31,531 nt of DNA from an uncultured Spartobacteria bacterium (GTDB lineage: Bacteria; Verrucomicrobiota; Verrucomicrobiia; Chthoniobacterales; Terrimicrobiaceae), in the NCBI GenBank assembly GCA_903915315.1, contig CAIWSO010000313.1:1-31531 (forward strand), given 5' to 3'. Below, piece by piece: positions 25,658 to 31,531 of the stretch. Under the pieces are notes generated by a model, which saw nothing but the letters and a program-made list of their open reading frames with translations, was not told where the DNA came from and searched no databases. The position numbers and the translations under genes are program-made. Numbering within the stretch: position 1 is the stretch's first letter; each line of letters starts with the position of its first letter.

Positions 25658-26847
25658 AAATTCAAAACCATCGAAGTTCCAAAAAGGGTACCGTAGCCGT
25701 CATAGTGGGCACGCGTCCGGAAGCTATTAAGCTAGCTCCGATTATCCAGCAACTCCAGGCCTCCAAAAAATTGCAACCGCTCATTGTCTCGACCTCGCAA
25801 CATGGCGAGATGGTGGGCCAGATATTCTCGAACTTCGGGATCACCGCAGATCTCGACTTGGAGGTCATGCGTCCTAGGCAAAGTCTGTGGGATCTGAGTG
25901 CCATTCTCTCTACTGAATTGGGAAAACTTTTCAGCACCACGCAAATCAACGCTGTCTTGGTGCAGGGAGATACGACATCGGCATTCATCGGGGGGCTTTG
26001 TGCCTTCTACAATAAAATCCCGCTGGGGCACGTGGAGGCAGGTCTTCGTTCGCACAACCGGTATTCCCCGTTTCCCGAGGAGCTAAACCGAACGATGCTC
26101 AGCCGCCTTTCTAGCTGGCACTTTGCCCCCACCGAGTATTCAGCGGAGCTTTTGAGAAAGGAAAATATCCCTGAAAATACCATTTATGTTTCCGGCAACA
26201 CGGTGGTGGATGCGTTGCATTGGATGGTCGATCGGCTCAAGCCGCGCAGTCTTCCAGGTGGTCTCATGGATGGCTCTCGTAAGCTTATTCTCGTGACCTG
26301 CCATCGCAGAGAAAACCTCGGCCTGCCCATGCGTTCGGTGGCTCTGGCTATCAAGTATATCGCGGAGAGCCATCCGGAGGTGAATATCCTCTTTCCGATG
26401 CATCCCAACCCCCTCGTGCGCGAATCCATTATTCCCATTCTCGCCCACCAACGCGGTGTTTTTCTTTGTGAGCCGTTGAACTATGATGAGTTTCTGGACG
26501 TTCTCAAAAAATCTCACATCGTCCTCTCCGATTCCGGCGGCGTCCAAGAGGAGGCCACGGCGCTCGGGAAGCCGGTTTTAGTGCTGCGGCGCGAAACCGA
26601 GCGACCGGAGGGCGTTGAAGCTGGAACCCTCCGCTTGGTCGGCACGGATGTGCAGGACATCCTGCGCGAAACCGAGAGATTGCTTTCGAATGACGACGAT
26701 TATCTCGCGATGACAAAGGGGTCCAGTATCTACGGTGACGGCCATGCTTCAGAAAAAATCATCCGAATTCTGGAGGATCAATTGGCCACCTCGGAATGCT
26801 GTATGCCTATTCCGTCTGCACAAGAGCGCAGGCACTTTGCCCATTGA
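25654..26847 (+). CDS. wecB: UDP-N-acetylglucosamine 2-epimerase (non-hydrolysing), makes UDP-ManNAc
   Basis: The ATG at 25654 overlaps the nfrB stop (ATGA). Contains GTRPEAIKLAP, VQGDTTS, GHVEAGLRS, PFPEELNR, VTCHRRENLG, HPNP and SDSGGVQEEA...RRETERPEG. Confidence 0.95.
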   Translation: MKIQNHRSSKKGTVAVIVGTRPEAIKLAPIIQQLQASKKLQPLIVSTSQHGEMVGQIFSNFGITADLDLEVMRPRQSLWDLSAILSTELGKLFSTTQINAVLVQGDTTSAFIGGLCAFYNKIPLGHVEAGLRSHNRYSPFPEELNRTMLSRLSSWHFAPTEYSAELLRKENIPENTIYVSGNTVVDALHWMVDRLKPRSLPGGLMDGSRKLILVTCHRRENLGLPMRSVALAIKYIAESHPEVNILFPMHPNPLVRESIIPILAHQRGVFLCEPLNYDEFLDVLKKSHIVLSDSGGVQEEATALGKPVLVLRRETERPEGVEAGTLRLVGTDVQDILRETERLLSNDDDYLAMTKGSSIYGDGHASEKIIRILEDQLATSECCMPIPSAQERRHFAH

Positions 26848-26855
26848 AATCCACT

Positions 26856-27254
26856 ATGAAACCCATTATCCCCCTGCCTCCGATTTTACTCATCGATGAT
26901 GATCCACTTGTCATCGAGACCCTGCGCGATCTTTGCGAGAGCATGGAATGCCATCGCCAACTTCACCATCTCGATACCGGAAGCGCCTTCGATGCGGCTG
27001 CCGATCCCACGCTGGGCCTCATCATTTGCGACTATCGTTTCCCGAGTTCGAGCGGCGTTTCTTTTATCGAGCAGGTTCGCAAGCGGGGTATTGAAACACC
27101 CGTTCTCTTCATTTCGGGAACACCTGACAGCGATGCCGTATTGAAAGCGGCAAATCTCAAGCGGACTGCGTTTCTTTCCAAGCCATTCACGATTTCACGA
27201 TTCCGCGAAGCCATTTACGGGCTGCTGGAGTTAAGCCCATCGGTTGCCGCATAG
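26856..27254 (+). CDS. Stand-alone response regulator receiver (CheY-like)
   Basis: 132 aa from ATG 26856. Has the acidic pocket LLIDDD, phospho-acceptor ICDYRFP, switch residue FISG and conserved Lys LSKPF, with no output domain. Confidence 0.88.
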   Translation: MKPIIPLPPILLIDDDPLVIETLRDLCESMECHRQLHHLDTGSAFDAAADPTLGLIICDYRFPSSSGVSFIEQVRKRGIETPVLFISGTPDSDAVLKAANLKRTAFLSKPFTISRFREAIYGLLELSPSVAA

Positions 27255-29774
27255 TTAATCACAGCGAATCGCTCGTGCTGGGGGGATGCGCGAGGCGCGG
27301 CGGGAGGGCATCCATGCGGCAAAGACAGCCGCAGGAATAATCCATAACGGCGTTGTTAAAAGCACATCCAGAGGATAGCGAAGTTCAATCGTCCATCCAA
27401 AAAACGCCTTGTTGATCACCCAAGTGAGAATCATGGCCATGCTCGCCCCGCAGGCGACTCCGATGAGTGAGGCAAGAAGACCGATCATGGCGGCCTCCGA
27501 TAGAACTAGGCATTGGATTTGGGCGCGGGAGGCGCCTTGGGAGCGAAGGACGCCGACTTCGCGTTCCCGCTCGAGTACAAGAGTTGTGAGGGAAAGGAGG
27601 ACTCCTGCAATGGCCACAACGACTGCGATTGTCCGAAGAACAGAGGTGACGGCAAAAGTCTGATCAAAAATCTCTAAGACCCGTTGGCGAAGGTCCGCAT
27701 TGGTGTAAATCGAAAATTCGCCCTCGTGGCTGAAGGTTTCACGAAAGTCCGCGCCGAGTGCTGCCGTTGCCGAGGAATCTTTGAGTGTGATGGACAAGGA
27801 GTGGAGGCGCTCGTCGTTCCAATATTCCGAAAATGTGGTTCGCTCGATCATCACAAGTCCACTATCGCGCGTGAAATCTTTAATGATACCGACAACAGTG
27901 AATCTTGCAGCGCCCTTGGGTGACGTGAATTCAAGGGTATCGCCGGGTTCCGTCCCGTGCTTGGTGGAAAAGCTCTCCGAGACGGCCACCATGCCTGTTT
28001 TGTGGAACTGTTCACGGGCCCCATCTAGCGCTCGAACGAAATCAAATTCTCCGCGGGCTTGGCCGTCAATGACCGCCAAGGTGGCTGTTTTTTCTCCCCA
28101 GGGAACCGGCATTTCGCGAAAGGTGCCTAGTTCCTTGACGCGCGGATCGCGACGTATCCAATCGACGGCATTTGCCGGCATGAAGCTGGTGAGGCCTGCG
28201 ATTTCGTTCGCTGCTGGGGCGATAAAGAGATCCGCAACCAGCGTTTGGCCGAGCCATGTGGTGACACTGGCTCTAAATGAATGGATCATCACCGAAACAC
28301 TCACTGTCATTGCTGCAGCCACCGCGAGGGCGGCGATGGTGACGGCATTTCGATGTAGCGATCGCGTTAAATGCTGGCCGGCTAGGCGAACCAACCAACC
28401 CGGACCGCGAACAACGGAGCAAAACGCATTCACTGTCACGGGAACAAGCAGAGAGAATCCGGCGATAAGCAGCCCGACGGCAACGAATCCCAGCAAGCGC
28501 CCGCCGCCAGTGAGAGTCCAGTAGGAAATAATAGAAGCCAAAGCCAGAGCGCAGATACCAAAAAGACCCCAGCGTTTGGATTGGATGCAGAAGGAATCCA
28601 TCAAGGATCCATTTCTCAAAACAATCGCCGGATCGCATGCGGCGGCCTCGGCTGCGGGTCGCCAGGCCGCGAGCAGAGACGAGCCGACGCCGACGACTAG
28701 AGCGAGAGCAATCTGATCGGGCTCGATGAAAATGCGGTCGATGGAGATCAGCGCATAGAGGGAGGAAATGGTCGTCCCCACGGGGGCCGCAAGGAGGGAT
28801 GCTAGCGGCCCTGCGATTCCGATGCCCAAGAGGGTTCCGAGCAACCCTTCGGCAGCTCCCTCACCGAGAAAAAGACTCGTGACCTCAGTCTTGGTTGCAC
28901 CGTTGGCACGAAGGATGCCGATCTCGTGTCGGCGACGCACGATTGATGAAGACAGACTATTATAAATCAAAAAGACACCGACCACCATGGATACTAAGCT
29001 GAGTGCGGTGAGGTTGAGTTGGAAGGCGGCCAGCATCACTTCGGTATCCGAGCCCCTGCGAGCGGGCGGGCCCACTATTGCATCCGGAGGTGCTATTTTT
29101 CGGAGTGCGGCGATGACGGGTTCCATCCGAAGCGGATCGGTGACTTGAATCTGAATGGAGGTTAAGCGCCCCTGCCGATCGAGGAGTTCTTGAGCCCAGC
29201 CGATATCCATCGCTGCCACTCTGGGGTCAGCCGTGACGAGCGCGTCGTCGGTTTTAAGCTCAAAGGAGGGGATGAGCGTGACGGATTTTCCTGCAGCGAG
29301 TACCCGAAGAGGTCCAGAAGCTAGGCGCGAAGAGGATACGGCAATGACGTTTGGTTCGCGCATCCATTTTTCAAGGTCTATGGATGCTCCACTCGGAGAT
29401 TGAAGTTCAAACGCGCGCAAATTCCCGCCAGTGAAAGGATCGACGCCAAGGAGGCGAAAGTAATCGCCCGGAAATTCGGGGAGGGTGACGACCCCTTCCA
29501 ACAAGGGCGTGGCTGCGATGACACCGTGTGTCGCGGCGACAAGCGGGAAGAGCGTTTCGGGTAAATCTCCACGTATTTCCAGGTGGGCTCGGCCGGCGAC
29601 GAGGCCGACCGCATTGCGAAAGCTTTTTAAGGCCCCCCTATTGGCAATCTGGATGGATAAAAAGACGGCAATCCCGATCGCGATGCTGAGAATGTTGAGC
29701 GATGGCAGGAGAGGATGCCTGATCCATTGGCGAATGATCTGCCGCCAAAAGAGTGTGCCGAACCGAGGCGTCAT
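27255..29774 (-). CDS. ABC transporter permease with two FtsX/MacB-type domains
   Basis: 839 aa with two halves, each a TM helix, periplasmic domain and FtsX segment (RRRHEIGILRANGAT; EREREVGVLRSQGAS). Confidence 0.9.
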   Translation of the reverse strand: MTPRFGTLFWRQIIRQWIRHPLLPSLNILSIAIGIAVFLSIQIANRGALKSFRNAVGLVAGRAHLEIRGDLPETLFPLVAATHGVIAATPLLEGVVTLPEFPGDYFRLLGVDPFTGGNLRAFELQSPSGASIDLEKWMREPNVIAVSSSRLASGPLRVLAAGKSVTLIPSFELKTDDALVTADPRVAAMDIGWAQELLDRQGRLTSIQIQVTDPLRMEPVIAALRKIAPPDAIVGPPARRGSDTEVMLAAFQLNLTALSLVSMVVGVFLIYNSLSSSIVRRRHEIGILRANGATKTEVTSLFLGEGAAEGLLGTLLGIGIAGPLASLLAAPVGTTISSLYALISIDRIFIEPDQIALALVVGVGSSLLAAWRPAAEAAACDPAIVLRNGSLMDSFCIQSKRWGLFGICALALASIISYWTLTGGGRLLGFVAVGLLIAGFSLLVPVTVNAFCSVVRGPGWLVRLAGQHLTRSLHRNAVTIAALAVAAAMTVSVSVMIHSFRASVTTWLGQTLVADLFIAPAANEIAGLTSFMPANAVDWIRRDPRVKELGTFREMPVPWGEKTATLAVIDGQARGEFDFVRALDGAREQFHKTGMVAVSESFSTKHGTEPGDTLEFTSPKGAARFTVVGIIKDFTRDSGLVMIERTTFSEYWNDERLHSLSITLKDSSATAALGADFRETFSHEGEFSIYTNADLRQRVLEIFDQTFAVTSVLRTIAVVVAIAGVLLSLTTLVLEREREVGVLRSQGASRAQIQCLVLSEAAMIGLLASLIGVACGASMAMILTWVINKAFFGWTIELRYPLDVLLTTPLWIIPAAVFAAWMPSRRASRIPPARAIRCD

Positions 29775-31531
29775 TCCGGCACTTTGGCAGCGGCTTTGTG
29801 AAGAAGATTTTGGAGCCGCTTGACCGCTTGCGGCGAGGAGAATTTGCCGCCCTCCTTATTGTAAATATAGAAGGAATCCATCGCCACATCCATCTCGGTC
29901 GTGATGCGCGAAATCTCAATGCAGGCGTCGGCCACGCCCATAGCCCGGAGGAGATCGTAAAGCAAGCCGAGGCGATCGGGGGTCTGGATGTCAACCAGCG
30001 TGTAGGCGGGGTGTGAATCGTTATCGATCGTGATCCGGGTGGGGAGATCGAATTCTTGTGAAAGCCGGTAGGTCAGAAGTCGGGTGTCTTTGCTAATGAG
30101 GGGCGTGAAGTCGTATTCCTCGACACCGAGAGATTCGGCAAGGCGGCTTTCCACGGCTTGCATATCGCGGGGACTACTGACCGGTTGAAGGTTGGTGCTG
30201 GCTACGCGAAAGATATCCAGCGCCAGGCTGTCCGTGCGGGTATAAATGTCAGCACTCAGGATGTTGAGTTTCACGGAAAGGAACGCGCCGGCAATGCGCT
30301 CGAGGAGTCGTGGGCGGTCCCATCCGCAGACCCACACTTCTGTGTAGCCTTTCTCGGGCTTCGGAATCCAGCGGAAGGCGGGCGCAAGAGCAAGCGATTC
30401 GTCTGCATCGCGCCGCTCGAAAAACAATTGGAATAAATTGAGGTGCTCGGCAATTTCCTCTGGCTCGTAACTTAAGAAGTAACGGGCAGGCATGAACTGA
30501 AAATGGGCATCGCAGGCGTCTCGGAATTCCGGGCCGAGTTTTTTCATGGCAACGTCCCTTTGCTGAAGCCTGTCGCGGCGGCTTTGTTCCATGGCATCGA
30601 CTCCACCCTCCAGGTATTGCTTGGTTCGGCGGTAGAGCATCCACACCAAACCCTCTTTCCAGTCCGACCAGTTCTGGTCGCTGGTACCCATGCCATCCGC
30701 GAGCGTCAGAAGCATGAGGGCGTCGAGGTTTTTTCGGTTTCCAATGATGCGGGCAAATTCCTCGGTGGTCGTGGGATCATCGAGGTTTCGCGTTTGCGAC
30801 ATTTTCGACATCAAGTAGTGCGAATCCACAAGCGTGATCAGCATGCGGCGGCGATCGGGGGTGAGTTGGAGGCGTCGGGCGACCTTGTGCGCCAAGAGAG
30901 CGCTGGCTTCTTCATGGTGGCGGGTGTTCGCGGATTTTCCCACATCGTGGAGGAGAATGGCGAGGTAGAGGATAGCCGGGTCCTCCAGTTTCTGAAAAAT
31001 CTGACGATAACCGCGGAGTTTCGGTGAGTCCGCAAACAGAACGGCATCCAGCTTTTCGATGCAAACGAGCGTGTGTTCGTCCGCCGTGTATCGGTGGTAG
31101 AACTCGTGTTGAACAAGGCAGTCGAGATCACCGAATTCCGGGATGTATCGGCCGAGTACTCCAAGGTCATGCATCAGTCGAAGAGTGCGACCGACTTCTC
31201 CCTTGCGGGAAAGAATGGCGAGGAAAGTCTCGCGAGCCATGCTTGCATACTGGAATGTGCGGTCAATCAGGTGCAGGCGACGGGCGACGAGATCGGCGAG
31301 TTCGGGGTGGAACTCGAGTTGACGCACTTGGGCGTGGTGGAAGGCCCGCATCAAGCGATACGGGTCGTCATTGAATATATCACGGGACTCGGGCTCGATA
31401 CGGCCGTTGCTGATGATGAAGCGGTCGAGTTTTTCGGGTTTCTGGCGAACACCGAAAAGTCGGAGAAGTCCGGAGCGGGCGGGCTGGGGGATGGCCTCCA
31501 TTTTCCGCAAGGCGCTCTCGGTGACTAAATA
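29771..31531 (-). CDS. glnD: [Protein-PII] uridylyltransferase, 3' part (5' end lies outside the window)
   Basis: The frame is open to the window edge (YLVTESA-LRKM). Contains LVQHEFYHRYTADEHTL, HD motif LLHDVGK, and two ACT domains (DRPRLL...ADIYTR; DRLGLLYDL...DSFY). Its stop overlaps the permease ATG. Confidence 0.93.
   Translation of the reverse strand, partial: YLVTESALRKMEAIPQPARSGLLRLFGVRQKPEKLDRFIISNGRIEPESRDIFNDDPYRLMRAFHHAQVRQLEFHPELADLVARRLHLIDRTFQYASMARETFLAILSRKGEVGRTLRLMHDLGVLGRYIPEFGDLDCLVQHEFYHRYTADEHTLVCIEKLDAVLFADSPKLRGYRQIFQKLEDPAILYLAILLHDVGKSANTRHHEEASALLAHKVARRLQLTPDRRRMLITLVDSHYLMSKMSQTRNLDDPTTTEEFARIIGNRKNLDALMLLTLADGMGTSDQNWSDWKEGLVWMLYRRTKQYLEGGVDAMEQSRRDRLQQRDVAMKKLGPEFRDACDAHFQFMPARYFLSYEPEEIAEHLNLFQLFFERRDADESLALAPAFRWIPKPEKGYTEVWVCGWDRPRLLERIAGAFLSVKLNILSADIYTRTDSLALDIFRVASTNLQPVSSPRDMQAVESRLAESLGVEEYDFTPLISKDTRLLTYRLSQEFDLPTRITIDNDSHPAYTLVDIQTPDRLGLLYDLLRAMGVADACIEISRITTEMDVAMDSFYIYNKEGGKFSSPQAVKRLQNLLHKAAAKVPE

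Noticed and set aside
1-31531. CRISPR arrays, tRNA/rRNA genes, transposases, integrases, phage or anti-phage defence genes
   Set aside because: None seen. All intergenic gaps are under about 160 nt and show no cloverleaf or spaced direct repeats. The CPBP/Abi-named protein has no defence context.

Overview
Gene-dense chromosomal window of a moderately GC-rich diderm bacterium; the protein families suggest Verrucomicrobiota/PVC, which is an inference. About 24 real CDSs, mostly housekeeping: a TIGR01777-type SDR, a DUF4870 membrane protein, a ~1040-aa TPR protein, nth, fabV, an operon of E1alpha-E1beta-E2 2-oxoacid dehydrogenase plus a CPBP protease and nadE, a large MscS-family channel, rpmE-prfA, an L,D-transpeptidase, a coiled-coil protein with a small lipoprotein, an FtsX/MacB-type permease and the 3' part of glnD. 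The standout is a tightly coupled six-gene operon at 17774-27254: BcsB-like protein, DUF2334-like protein with apparently lost catalytic His motifs, TPR + beta-barrel outer-membrane protein, clear NfrB-family GT2 synthase with three RLG-less MshEN-like repeats, wecB, and a stand-alone receiver. It looks like a hybrid exopolysaccharide secretion system, probably ManNAc-based, combining the E. coli Nfr core with BcsB and deacetylase accessories, and it may be c-di-GMP-independent. I saw no rRNA, tRNA, CRISPR array or mobile element. All family assignments come from motif recognition, not database searches.
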